Below, one piece after another: positions 11,401 to 22,559 of a stretch of DNA of 44,874 nucleotides. Positions within the stretch are counted from its first letter, which is position 1; each line of letters begins with the position of its first letter. The notes beneath the pieces are model-generated. The model saw only the letters and a program-made list of their open reading frames with translations. It was not told where the DNA came from and ran no database searches. The position numbers were made by a program, and so were the translations under genes. The DNA is from Phoronis australis (taxonomy: Eukaryota > Animalia > Phoronida). Where the stretch lies: assembly GCA_002633005.1 (NCBI GenBank), contig NMRA01000562.1, positions 1 through 44,874 of the forward strand. The letters are read 5' to 3'.

Positions 11401-13222
11401 GTACTCACCGACCCAAACACTGAACACAGCTCCATACCGTTTCTTCAAATCATTCATAACCTCCACCGAGTTCCGCGAGGCAAACTCTACAAATATAAGA
11501 CACAAATGTTTTAAAACGTATTGGAAGAACTCACTACAAAAGTAGCCTCTACTTCAGGTTATCTCAAACCTTATTTAGTGGCCTCCATCCTAACTCGTAT
11601 ATCAAAAACTAAGCTTTGTCAACTAGTAAAAGTATATATTTTCTGAAAGAAAAAAGATCAGAAAATATCAAAAAACTTTTTGTATCTTTATTAATTTTAC
11701 GTAAGCCTTTTTTAAGTCAAAATTTCATTTTTAAGAAAGGTACATTCATAGCAAAATAACCCCTCGGCCGATTTTAATGAAACCTCTTTTAAACGAAAAC
11801 GTCACCAGTTACCTCAAAAACACTTTTGGAAATTTTTTATTAGTTTTTTCGTTTGGTTTCTATGACAAATCAACTTGCAAAACGTAAGGTATTTTTTTGT
11901 AAAAGTTGAAGTCGTATTCGTCTTTGTTACATTATGCAAAAACTAGGCTTTATATCGAAAATCCTAATATCGTTTTTGAGATTGATGACTAAATATTAAA
12001 TTTGGAAAGTTTCAGCGAAATCTACAGAGCCGTTTTCGAGAACTTGTGTTCCTAAGTTCAAATAAAGTCGATTTGCCGAAGCCGAGAAAAAGCCGATTAA
12101 ACTAGGACAAGTGAAAATCTCAAAGTCTTCGGTTAATTACTCGGCGAAAACTTGCTTTCGGTACACATAACCTATACAAGCCTTAACAATGTTAGCTATT
12201 TCAACATTCACTCGAAATGCCAACTGATTTTGTTGTTTCGACCTAGCCTGTACACAGGTCACGTGGTGGGAGACTGACACCGAACCAAATAAGAAATAGA
12301 TGCAAGTCAAATCGGTGGTTAAAGCATGTGGTTAGCAGTTAGAAAAATTGGAATGTCAATTTATTAAGGAATTAGGGTGAGGATTTATCTCTTTTCACAG
12401 GTTTTGTCTGGCACCATTCTATCATAAGTACACTGCTCTGTACCTGGCGGGAGATTCGATTTGATTAAAAGCGATTTAACTTTTGGACCTCGGATAAGTA
12501 GTAAATGGCCACGCGGTTGTGCGGTTCCAAGGTGGTTCTGCTAAATTTTTTTTTTCTCGCCACATGGTATACATTCTGTTTATGAAGTTCCTCGAGAATG
12601 AAGATAAGGTATTTTGCTAGACACATGTGAAATATTGTAAAAATTTAATGGAAGTTCAGTAACACTAAGCCCTCGTGAAAAAGCAAGACTTCGCGCGATT
12701 ACGTGAGATTTTGCCATGTAGTTTAAATGAGAACACGTCGTGATTTTGACCAGATTTTAGCGAGATCCTGGCGTAGGTTCTAGCGTTCTACAGAACTCTA
12801 CCCAGGTTTCTTGCATTTACTAGAAATACAAAACGGTCTACGGGAATGAAGATTAAACTACAATCGGTCCGAGGCGGAGTAAACCAACGACATCACACCG
12901 GCTTACAGACAAAAAACTACTGAGTTACGTGTACTTCAAGACTCGCTGGAGCGGGACATCTCCATTAGTCCTCGGATCGACAACCATTAGGAAGCAGTTG
13001 CTGCTATTTATACAACACGTGTAACAAATGTTACCAGCAACAATCGGACAAACAAAATCATAAATACTTACTGAGCATATTACCGACAAGAGGGAACGCC
13101 CACGGTCCGGGTGGCAGACGATACTTCATGCGAAACTGAACACGTTTAACAACGTAATAAACAACCAGGGCTACGACAGCGCCAAGAAGAGCAGTCTTCA
13201 ATGAGGTGTACTCGTCCAACAT
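5143..13222 (-). CDS. Cytochrome P450, clan 2, CYP17A-like (steroid 17-alpha-hydroxylase/17,20-lyase-like); 9 coding exons, 501 aa
   Basis: Exons 13222-13072, 11486-11409, 10904-10712, 9884-9729, 8859-8648, 8263-8135, 6979-6875, 6397-6263, 5489-5143 sum to 1506 nt in frame. Motifs: TM anchor+PPGP, FAGRP, WRVQR, AGTDTT, ETMR, PDRF, heme PFSGGRRVCPGESLA. Confidence 0.93.
6263..6397 (-). CDS. CYP17-like P450 coding exon 8 (K-helix)
   Basis: GRDRLPDNSDVHRLRYLEAVVFETMRCSSIVPFSVPHKTICDTTV; tttcag / gtatgt. Confidence 0.93.
6875..6979 (-). CDS. CYP17-like P450 coding exon 7 (I-helix)
   Basis: AGTDTTRESLRFLLLYVGTHPDVQDKIFEELDSVV; donor gtacgt. Confidence 0.93.
7102..7449. repeat. Internally repetitive element (~22-bp tctccrcggagaaaacctt units), probable non-autonomous DNA transposon in P450 intron 6
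   Basis: Many ggagaaaaccttt / ttctcc(a/g)c units; short inverted ends tttaaacgtttc / gaaacgtttttaaa. Confidence 0.55.
7529..7870. repeat. Degenerate (GAT/GAC)n trinucleotide low-complexity tract in P450 intron 6
   Basis: gatgacgacgacgatgatgatgatgacgatgat... with 3-nt periodicity over ~340 bp. Confidence 0.9.
8135..8263 (-). CDS. CYP17-like P450 coding exon 6
   Basis: DNLRDLVDHIL...LTDTHFLMILFDVFG; donor gtatga. Confidence 0.92.
8337..8475. repeat. Polypurine (GA)n/(GGGA)n tract in P450 intron 5
   Basis: gagagagaga...gggagggagggagggaggggaaggagggagggagggggg. Confidence 0.9.
8648..8859 (-). CDS. CYP17-like P450 coding exon 5
   Basis: FEKDDPMFKDLL...DFLPSIF...KVEEHKKTFDP; donor gtaagt. Confidence 0.92.
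9729..9884 (-). CDS. CYP17-like P450 coding exon 4
   Basis: SFTEGDKLTKYLLDNFDNMAKDWSSQAEPFDPLESITLFTYNILLSMSFGEV; tttcag / gtaagt. Confidence 0.9.
9931..10178. mobile_element. PIF/Harbinger-type MITE
   Basis: TIR gggcccgttttaaaaaag / ctttgacaaaacgggtcc; flanks ccg/ctg. Confidence 0.6.
10712..10904 (-). CDS. CYP17-like P450 coding exon 3
   Basis: PYHSVCLNTLEVIDEALVKRAVDFAGRP...DIAFGDYGPVWRVQRKIAHVAMR. Confidence 0.93.
11086..11188. repeat. 46-bp-arm inverted repeat containing a tRNA T-arm/B-box-like sequence, in P450 intron 2
   Basis: tcaaataaacacagaaaaatcaggaaccccaactgagaatcgaacc / ggttcgattcccagttggggttcctgatttttctgtgtttatttga; 1 mismatch, 11-nt loop. Confidence 0.9.
11409..11486 (-). CDS. 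CYP17-like P450 coding exon 2
   Basis: KFASRNSVEVMNDLKKRYGAVFSVWVG; ttgtag acceptor, gtgagt donor. Confidence 0.9.
12655..12797. mobile_element. ~150-bp MITE family A copy (diverged), P450 intron 1
   Basis: gttcagtaacactaagccctcgtgaaaaagcaagacttcgcg...gattttagcgagatcctggcgtaggttctagcgtt matches copies at 19476, 21643 and 44609. Confidence 0.8.
13072..13222 (-). CDS. CYP17-like P450 coding exon 1
   Basis: MLDEYTSLKTALLGAVVALVVYYVVKRVQFRMKYRLPPGPWAFPLVGNML, donor gtaagt; an acceptor-like tag 5 nt upstream of ATG suggests a 5'UTR intron. Confidence 0.92.
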
Positions 13223-16200
13223 TGTACCTAAGATGTAAGATCAGGATGTGTAGACAAAAGATGAATAAATCATAAAAATACCCCGACATTTTCCTATCTG
13301 ACAGCCATGCACAATAGGTTTACACTATGCAAAAATACAATGCTCTGGAACAGGACTGTAAAAAGTAAATAAGCCGAGTGACAATTTTAAGCAAAACTTT
13401 CAGGAAAAGTACGCAACTGGAGAATTACACTCATCATAGTAAACTCTGGTGCACGTTCTTGTAATGTGTGAAATCTTCATTTCCGTAACAAACTACTCAA
13501 CAATTTATTTGAGAATGCCGAACTTCTGAAGCAATGGACCCGCGTGTAAGTTGCTGGTGTTAGTAATTTACAAAGCATGTTTCTCCATACTAATCCGTGT
13601 ATTCCGTTGGTAGAGGCAACCGTCATACCAGGAGGGGGAGAGATTCCAAGTTTAGTTGAAAGGCTATTCCTAAAATGCCGTCTACGGTTCACCATCCAAA
13701 CGCGGTTTAGAACGCAGACTGGAAACAAATCAATGGTAGGAAGGTGCGAGAGTACGTCGAAATAGAGGAACTATCTTGACTTCATTATTGGCCAAATGAT
13801 GTTTAATTCTGGTAAAGCTGGCTTCGGGAAGACTTATCGTCACGCTGGTATAGCTGAGATACCCATGGCGCAGTCGAATTAATCAGTAATTACTGCGTTA
13901 ATACTAATACATCAATCAGCTCACAGCCGATCTAGAGTCGTCATTGACTAGCAATTTTAAAAGAAATTCGCATTTTATTATTAATATTTCATCCATACAA
14001 ACTTACAAATAGATTTCAGCTCAAACTTGCAACTCCGCTATTAAAAGGTGATTCTCGCGGTGACGTGGACAAAAGCAAGCCAATACGTCTAACAGTTCGT
14101 TATATTTGGCAATTTATGGCACTAGTGGGCTCTGAGCGATGCTCTTAACATACTGTAGGAACAAAATTTATTGTCTCAATCATGTCAATATTTCATTGTC
14201 GTAAATACTCTCACTGTTTAGTCATCTCTTTATTTATTTCATCTATCTTAGTTAAATTTTCACCATTCGTCATTTGCTTATTGTCTAAATTCTCAATCTG
14301 TTTCAATTGTACCTTTGTTACGTATATTTGTTTTATCACTTCATTGTATTTTATAACTGTTTTTGTTGTTGAGGGCCCTCTTGAAATACACCGTCAGTTT
14401 TTTGTTCCAATCCGGCATGCAGCGAGGTAAGCGCCGAACGGCCACAACAGACGTAAGGAATTTAATCTTCGACGTATTTGAGTACTTCTGCAAGGTTTTA
14501 AACTTGAGAATATTTCTAGTGCCTTAACTGGGCAATGACCGGATTTGGCGAGAAACCCTTTGCACAAGGAGGTCATTTTATAATGCGCAGCAAAGTACAC
14601 AACGTCGAGAGAAAAATGACGGATATGGTATCGGATGAGCTGCGTGGGGGGAGGGGGTGGGGTTGAATCAATGAAATTGGGATAGTGGGAACGTGCGTCT
14701 GGTATTAGGTGTGACACGTAGTCGATTTTGTGGGGAAATCAACTGATTTTGATGTTATCGTTACTGATCCCTGATTATATTGAGACCTTCGGTATTTTAA
14801 CAAAAGTAATTGTACTTTTGTGTTGTGAAATTTCTCTCAACGTAACATCAGAAAGTGACGTGAACAGTATAAAAGGTCCGCACCTTGATTCAATATTCGC
14901 GCTCATTGAGCAAACACGAATTACCGACACAAATTGCGGGAAGGACATTGTGTTTGCTCAATGAAATTGAATGGCAGAACAGGCAGAGCCACGGCCCATT
15001 GCTGGGCCGAAACTGTCACGATCTATTTTTTAATTATTGCACGCCAGGCGAAACATAATCAACACGAACAAATGTATCTCTAAGACATCCAGTGATTTGT
15101 ATTTTACTGAACATAACATAAAAAACGACTGTTTCCCCTTAAAAGAAATCGTTTTTGGTGCCAAAAACGCATTTTCGGGATTATAGTTGAATAGGAAAGA
15201 CTTCTTGATGTCAGTAGCTTTGACCACAGCCAAAAAAGCGGAATATGTTGTGTTTTACTACAAATCGCCAATTGCCGCAGTTGTATGTCAAACATTCGCG
15301 GAAACCAAGGCTGGCGTCCTTGCCGCTTAAAATACGCTACAACTTAGGTCAACGGTTTGAGAGTTCGGCTGCTACTGCGTAGTACTTAAGCGGTCTCGAT
15401 TACGCGTCACTGTAAATTTCTGTAAAGTTACTTTCTCGCCGAGAATGTTCCTTCAGAAGGCCTGAAGATGGAACCGGCTTCTTAAGTGTTGAAAAACTGG
15501 TCTAAAAAGTTCCTTGTCGCGATAGCAATTGTTTTTTAACCACCCAGTTAGTCCGAGACTGAAAATGAAGCTATCCAACTTGGGAGAGTTGTCCCAATGG
15601 GCAATTTAGGAATGAAAACATCTTCTGTGTAGTTACAACACAGTTGTAACTCACATTTTAGATTGTGTATACGCTGCAAATGCACAACACTCGTAGGGGG
15701 TCCAGGACTGACGTCACAGCTCACATCTTGCACGTGAAAAAGTGGTAACCATATAGCGGTTGCGCCTGCTTTATTCCGCCGGTGCTAAACATTGCAACGA
15801 TTGGGCAATGACGCAGTGGTTGAGCGCTCCACTCCACAGGGGCAGAAATGGCAGCAAATTCGCAAATAAAATAGTATAAAACAAAACGACGAGCGTCGGT
15901 ACTAAAATATATTAAAATATTCCCCACGTTTCGAATGGTGCGCTCTTTATCAAGGGCATGACACAGACTATTTACTATTTTACATTTGTATCCGTCGGTA
16001 ACTGCACGGCATTCCAGCATCTGTTTTATTTATTTGTAAATTTGGTCCTCGCGTCATTAGCGCGTGAAAATTTTCATTGACGCACTTTGACAACAGGAGG
16101 CAGTGTGATCTAGTGGATTGAGTGTTAATCAGTTAATCACAAACAATTTTAGGGATACGAGGCCTAGCATATCGCAAAAATACAGACCCTAGCTGTGCAT

Positions 16201-16311
16201 TTATATGTTAGCCACGTACTCTCTACAGAGTGCGCGGGCAAAACAGTAAATATAGTGCTACTGAAAATACCTGGAGATGCGTCTACACAGATAGACTTCA
16301 TTGCAAGCCAG

Positions 16312-16500
16312 GGGCCGTTCCAAGAAACTGACCAAACTTCATTTTTGACACTTCCACATCCGGTAAGTTAATCAAAATTAAGACAAAAGCAAGTCAAAAC
16401 TTAGTCAAACCCAAAAATCTCTTTCTTAAAACGAACTTGAAACAAATTCGAGTTCTATCTTAAAGTTGACTTAGCTAAGACAGTTTTTTGGAACATCCCC
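16312..16500. mobile_element. PIF/Harbinger-type MITE with CAG TSD
   Basis: cag|gggccgttccaagaaactg ... cagttttttggaacatcccc|cag. Confidence 0.7.
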
Positions 16501-16668
16501 CAGAGTTAACAAACGTGAAAATGGCTCATGTTAAAACATCAACTAACTTCACAAGAGTACTTGCTCTTCCCAAACAACATCACTGCGTTTTTATCATTTT
16601 CTAATTTGAATTTTTTACTTATGACAAATTAAATTTTAGTAATTATAACAGGGTAAAACTAGTTATAT

Positions 16669-16681
16669 TGACCTTTGACCT
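16669..16681 (-). promoter_or_regulatory. Perfect nuclear-receptor DR1 motif (AGGTCAaAGGTCA)
   Basis: tgacctttgacct on +, ~3.4 kb upstream of the P450 ATG; function unproven. Confidence 0.25.
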
Positions 16682-17127
16682 TGTCCATTATATGTAGCAA
16701 CTCCTACTGTGTGTACTTTTACCTGCTGTTGGTCTACGATAACTGACGTACCGTGGTTTGATCCTGGACATTTTGTGAAAGTTCATTTTTCAATACTCGT
16801 CATGTCCTAAGGACAATAACTAATACATCCCGGCGGCACGCCCGAAGATTTTCTGCATATGAGGTTTAACCCTGGCTATTAACTATCAAAGTCAGGTTAC
16901 TATGCAGTAACTGTTTACCACAGCAATTTGATCACTTTCAAGATGTGGGGCAAACGATTACAAGATTTAAACAAAAAGAATAACAAAGACATGATTTGTA
17001 ATGTTTGTGTTACTATGAACACCCTAACAGAGAAACACGTGATGTAACAATAGGTCACATGATGAAGACATTGCCCAGGTCATGTTCTGGGACTCAAGAC
17101 TTCGAGTCAACATCATTCTACGTCAAT

Positions 17128-17361
17128 TTATGACTTCTTCTCGAAGGGATCCGACCAGATCTTCATGTTCCCAGGCTGTACGTCTTCTTGTCTGATGCCC
17201 TGCCTTGCAGATTGTTGTATTTTTTTCCACTTGTCTTGATTTAAGTATGGTTCAATGATGGCTGGGTATATTGTGAGCCCAATGAGACCAACAAGACCGC
17301 CAAAGAACACACCGAACCTCCAACCAGTCATCAGGTGACCCTCGCGAGCTTTGAAACCCAT
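17128..17361 (-). CDS. SMIM20: Small integral membrane protein 20 (MITRAC7; phoenixin precursor), 77 aa, single coding exon
   Basis: FFGGLVGLIGLTIYPAIIEP...KKIQQSARQGIRQEDVQPGNMKIWSDPF aligns with human SMIM20 [20 protein letters not shown]...[31 protein letters not shown] (recalled sequence). Confidence 0.95.
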   Translation of the reverse strand: MGFKAREGHLMTGWRFGVFFGGLVGLIGLTIYPAIIEPYLNQDKWKKIQQSARQGIRQEDVQPGNMKIWSDPFEKKS

Positions 17362-18579
17362 AACAGTGCAAGAATTGGGTCAATTACTGAATATGCGCAA
17401 ATACAATGTATACTGTGCGAATGTATATTGGGCGTGCGCAGCTCACTTACGTAACAACAAGACACTAGTTGCGCTTATACAATTCACCTCTCAGTCTTAC
17501 CAAGTTCAGAAATGCAGCTCAGACTATCCTTCACCCGCTTCCGTGCAAATTTTTACTGGCACTGCGTCGTAACGCAAGCAAACGAATGACGTATATAGGT
17601 CACAGATAGAGGTCACAATAGCCACAACCAGAGCAGGCAAGCTCTCGAAGCAGAGTGGTTCTTTGTATTAACCGTTGTTACCAGAATCTTCTTCCAACTA
17701 TAGTTTCGCCTTTTCACAGTGTTCGACAGCGCTCATTGGAGATGTAAACAGAACGTTTTGTGATTTGATTTCTTCCCATTCACCAGACCCTTAGCCTTGC
17801 TGTTCGACGGCCTTGCGTCACTCCGGATTCTGATGCAAAGTAGGTGAACTAATTAGGTCACACCACAAGCGCTGTCTATTGACTAACTTGAGAACTTGTG
17901 CTGTGGTCACCAAACCAGGGAACACAAAACGTTTTTTAGCTGCGACTCAGGCAGGTCGTAAACATCTGCATAAGTATGCGCGTACCTATATTACCATTGA
18001 GTGAAAAGATGAAATGTCTATTGCCAAGAAAAATGCAGCGGTTATCTTGTCACGCTTTCCACCGAGCTAAAAAATTACTAGAACGCTTGCTGAACACAAT
18101 GAAACCGACAAAAAGCCTGTCAGACACAGGGTACTTAAAAATTACGTTGTGACTAAACGACAGATCCACATGTCAGTCACAATGGCCTGTACAGTTTGCG
18201 AGGGCACATGATCAGCGTCGGATTTGCATAAAAATCCTACCTTCACTGAACAAGCATGGGAATAGCATAGTAACCCCGGCAGCATCAGTTGCATGTGAGC
18301 TGATAAGTACTCAGGCCTACCTGTGATTTGTGTGTTACAGCTGAGTGCGTAGTCGGGTAAGTTTTCATTGAAGCCTATCTTGATCAGCAACAACGGCGAT
18401 TCGTTTCGTCAGCTGGTCTTATAAGCCTGCCGATTTCATCACACAGATCGCCACTATAAGCTATAAGTAAACAAACGACCCAAGCGGTGACTGTGACTGA
18501 CACCGTGGCACCGTGACTCACCTGACTTGGCGTACAGAGTCGACTGCCAGCAGTGTTGACATTAGAGCATTGTCAGCCG

Positions 18580-18966
18580 NNNNNNNNNNNNNNNNNNNNN
18601 NNNNNNNNNNNNNNNNNNNNNNNNNNNNNNNNNNNNNNNNNNNNNNNNNNNNNNNNNNNNNNNNNNNNNNNNNNNNNNNNNNNNNNNNNNNNNNNNNNNN
18701 NNNNNNNNNNNNNNNNNNNNNNNNNNNNNNNNNNNNNNNNNNNNNNNNNNNNNNNNNNNNNNNNNNNNNNNNNNNNNNNNNNNNNNNNNNNNNNNNNNNN
18801 NNNNNNNNNNNNNNNNNNNNNNNNNNNNNNNNNNNNNNNNNNNNNNNNNNNNNNNNNNNNNNNNNNNNNNNNNNNNNNNNNNNNNNNNNNNNNNNNNNNN
18901 NNNNNNNNNNNNNNNNNNNNNNNNNNNNNNNNNNNNNNNNNNNNNNNNNNNNNNNNNNNNNNNNNN
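18580..18966. other. Assembly gap (N run)
   Basis: Run of n. Confidence 1.
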
Positions 18967-19042
18967 GGGGCAGAGAGGTATAAAGTGGCAAGTTTTGGAT
19001 TGCATGATACCAGTATAGTTCGGAAGTAGCCCTTCGTTTGTA

Positions 19043-19258
19043 CAAACTTCGTTAAAGACACGACTAGACTTTTTGTTAGTGAGCTTGATACTGGTACGTT
19101 CGTTTCGGAACTGTCTCCTTTCCTCTGGTGTGCAGGTATGAAAAGACTGAGAGACATTACAAACAAACAAATAAAAACAGAGACTGTTCCTAAATTACGA
19201 ACGTACCAGTATCAAGCTCGCTAACAAAAAGTATAGTAGCGTCTTTAACGAAGATTGC
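19043..19258. repeat. Long imperfect inverted repeat (~75-bp arms), probable foldback MITE
   Basis: cttcgttaaagac...tttttgttagtgagcttgatactggtacgttcgt / acgaacgtaccagtatcaagctcgctaacaaaaag...gtctttaacgaag. Confidence 0.85.
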
Positions 19259-19475
19259 GTGATACGTGAACTCTCCCTTACAAGAATTGAAAACAGCCAA
19301 TGCCTGGGACACGTTCAGTTCCACGGCAAACTCGAATTAGCTAGGATACCATGCCAATTGTGATTTTACTCGAAAAACGAGCCCATTTGTAGAGAATTTT
19401 TATAAAAAGTCACAATTGCGTTGTGTTGTGTTCCAGAAACCTTGTGCTTTTGTCGGAGCTAATTCCATAAACCTG

Positions 19476-19630
19476 CCTCCCGTTCAGTAAAAACGCTAGG
19501 ACCTCGCTAAAAGCAAGACTACGTGAGATATTGCCGTGTATTTTATATGAGAACACGCGGCTTTGACTAGATTTTAGCTAGGTGCTAGCGTAGGTCCTAG
19601 TGTAGGTCCTGGCGTTAATGAACTCATGCC
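19476..19630. mobile_element. MITE family A copy
   Basis: cctcccgttcagta..acgctaggacctcgctaaaagcaagac...taggtcctggcgttaatgaac. Confidence 0.85.
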
Positions 19631-21574
19631 CGGTCCAAGTCGTTGGTCAGAATGGCCGATAGTTAAAAAAATGGACTATTGATCCTTCAAACCGAAACAA
19701 GCATGATGATTTATCGTACTATTATTTTCATTGTGATTTTATCTGACAATGTCCGTTAGTCCAAAGTACCGATAGTCCGAAAGGTCTTGTTCTGAAGAGT
19801 AGATATTGCGAAACATTTAATGCATTTTTTAATTCTGAGATGTTTTAGTCGGTAAAGCGCTAAGAATCTGAAGGTCATTGATCGTCCGAAGGACTGCGCT
19901 CGAATGTGGAAATTAGTATATCAAAGTGATCAAATTTCATTAATAAGATGAATGGATGCACAACTTTTTGCGGTATTAATTTAAGAAACTTATTTCTCCT
20001 CAATGCCGAAGATTGAATGTCTATTCGTTTACAGCCAGGCGCTCTGATGTCGGAAACAGCAAGCCTCAAACCACCGCCAGGCAACAAAAATTAACAGTGT
20101 AAAATGATAAATAAATAAGTGAATCGAAGAGTTATCACTTTTCGGAATATCGGTTCGCGGGAGTTTCATGTCCGACTATCGGCCCTTTGAACCAGTGGCT
20201 CTTCGTACCAATGACTCTTCTTACGAATGGCTCTTCTTACCAATGGCCATTCGGACCCACTATCGAACCCAACCCCTACAAAACCTAGCTCTTTCGTACT
20301 GAGGGTTTCTTGGACGGCTGTTTTTATTGCGGATTTTTCATGTGTTACTCAGCTATATATTTGGCAGGGGTGCAGCTGCAAAATAAGACACTCATAACTC
20401 ACTCATTTAGATAGTGGACTTGAAAAAGGAGACAGCGTCCATGAGAAAGTCACGCGCCACTTTTCTGCGAGTTCTTTAACTCATCAAGCCCAAAAACTTT
20501 ATGAAAAGCGATACCATGTTTTCGAATTTTCGAGAACGAGTACATCTTTTGCAACCGGGAGTTCTGTAAAATTTTAAGTAGTTTGAAAAGAACCATTTTG
20601 CAGAGTTTCGAACTCCTTAGTTGACATTTTTTGTATGACGTCAAATCAGTTACAGCTCACTGTCGTAGGCACGGAAAAGGCACGTTTTCATTTGGGAAAC
20701 TGGTTGTGAAAATGTCACTCATCATTCTATGGAAGAGTTGACCTCCAAGCTCACCAAGTGTGCAACAAACCAGGCTAGTATCTTTCCAGTCAGGCGAAAT
20801 CACGCTTAGTCCACGAGGTATTGTTCAGGAGCTCTCGGGAGCATTAGAGGGATTGGTTAGGACTGGGACGTGCCGCATATTCCGATGGGTATTTGCACTA
20901 GTTCAACGATGCACTAGTCCGAAGGTCTGCTAATAAGATATGCGTCATAAAGCATTAAAAAGAACTTTTTGTTGAAATTCTACGATAGTCACTGATGAGC
21001 CCGGAAACCATGGCGAGAATAAAGTCAATGACTGTACGTGATTCGCCGGATTGCCGGTTGACCAGCAAAGACCTTTTTATTGATTTGTGAGCCCAAATTC
21101 GTCACCGACAACGTATCAAGTGTCATGCTAGTCGACCCAGCAAATCCGCGGTTGAGTGACTCACGTGTATTGCCAAATAATTTATATAATAAAACGACGA
21201 TAAAAGCGCAGAATTTTTAAAAACGGAAGCCTCTCTCCATTGAATATAATTTGCTCGGTCTCTTGATGGTTTCCAAAAGATCTGTTCAGCAGAGGGGCAG
21301 TCAAACATTAAATAAGTAGCCAAATAGTACAAAACGTCATTTTCCTGACATGTGTCTCGTTTGTTACTATTGTTGTTGTTGTTGTTGTTGTTTAATAATT
21401 GTTGCCTGTTCTCCCATGATGAGACTTTTGCGATAAGTAAATAAATAGCGTAAGGTCATCAACAGCGTATAACACAGAACAAAATTCAGGGAAGAGACCA
21501 TTGTTCGAATATTAAGGAAACCGTCGGTACTATTTGGCTGTCGGAACATTGGGTAATTTGTCGGAACTACTGAG

Positions 21575-21951
21575 TGTTATACTATGGATGGTTGTAGTAG
21601 ACATTTGATAAACATAGATTAGCTAGGAAGAGTATACATGTGACGTGCGTTCAGTAACGCTAGGACCTACGCTAGGACCTACGCTAGGACCTAGCTAAAA
21701 TCAAGCCAAAGTCACGTGATCTCATTTAAAATACAGCAATATATCACGTAATCTCGCGAAGTCTTGCTTTTTAGCGAGGTCCTAGCGTAACTGAACAGGA
21801 GGGTGGTTTATTCTAATGTGGCGCAGACCGGAAGAAGGAAGAGAGACAGGGAGCTTTCTAGTACAGGAAACATGGTTTGAATATAAAGGATATAACATTA
21901 TAGTCTATAGACACTGGTAGAGTCCACAGAGAATAGTGCAATATTATGACA
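21575..21951 (-). repeat. 3' LTR (interrupted by MITE at 21643-21802)
   Basis: tgttatactatggatgg...gcaatattatgaca; direct repeat of 30706-30913; polypurine tract adjacent at 21952-21962. Confidence 0.92.
21643..21802. mobile_element. MITE family A copy inserted in the LTR with 3-bp GTG TSD
   Basis: catgtg|acgtgcgttcagtaacgctaggacct...aggtcctagcgtaactgaacaggagg|gtggttt; the twin LTR shows the empty site catgtggttt. Confidence 0.9.
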
Positions 21952-22559
21952 TCCCCCTTTCTGTAAAAACTGTGACCATAGTCGTCGGATGGATATCAGG
22001 TGAAAATAGTTCACTGGATGAAATAGTGTACAACGGATACCTTTGTTTTATGATTAAAATATGTCATGACTAACTAATGATTATATAATGAGGCACTATC
22101 TTGGCGTACAAACAGCTAACTGCCTGGACAGTGGGTGGACTATCACTGCCTCTACAATCATACAAGGTTTATTCTGCCTTATTGTATGATGTAGTTGAAA
22201 GAAAAGTATTAAATAGCTAAATATGAAAATCTAACAGTCCAGCTTGGCAGGTGGTCGACTGGCACGACCAGATCGCGTCACGTAGACTCATGGTTGGGTA
22301 GTGGGTTACTTTTTCTTGAAGGATGAGGCCGAAACTGAGGCTGAGGCTGACCCTCATTCGGAATTCCAAACATTCCAAGGGTTTCGATCATTAGTTTGCT
22401 GATGGTATGGCTTGACGTGTTGGATGCAAGCTTGTGGAGAACAGGGTAGCGTGTGGAATAGTTTGCGATGGGAAGGTATTCACAGCCGCCAGTTAAAACA
22501 AGTCAGCACTGAGAGTGTGCCACGGCACATTTGGTTCGTCTTGGCTTATTGATTCGAAG

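Noticed and set aside
15461-15500. cctgaagatgg hammerhead-like start
   Set aside because: No convincing stem II or GAAAC...UH
16097-16127. tRNA A-box-like SINE head
   Set aside because: No B-box or body follows
21655-21695. acgctaggacct repeats (and the 43080-43400 arrays) as CRISPR-like arrays
   Set aside because: No unique spacers, eukaryotic context, no cas genes; they are MITE subterminal repeats
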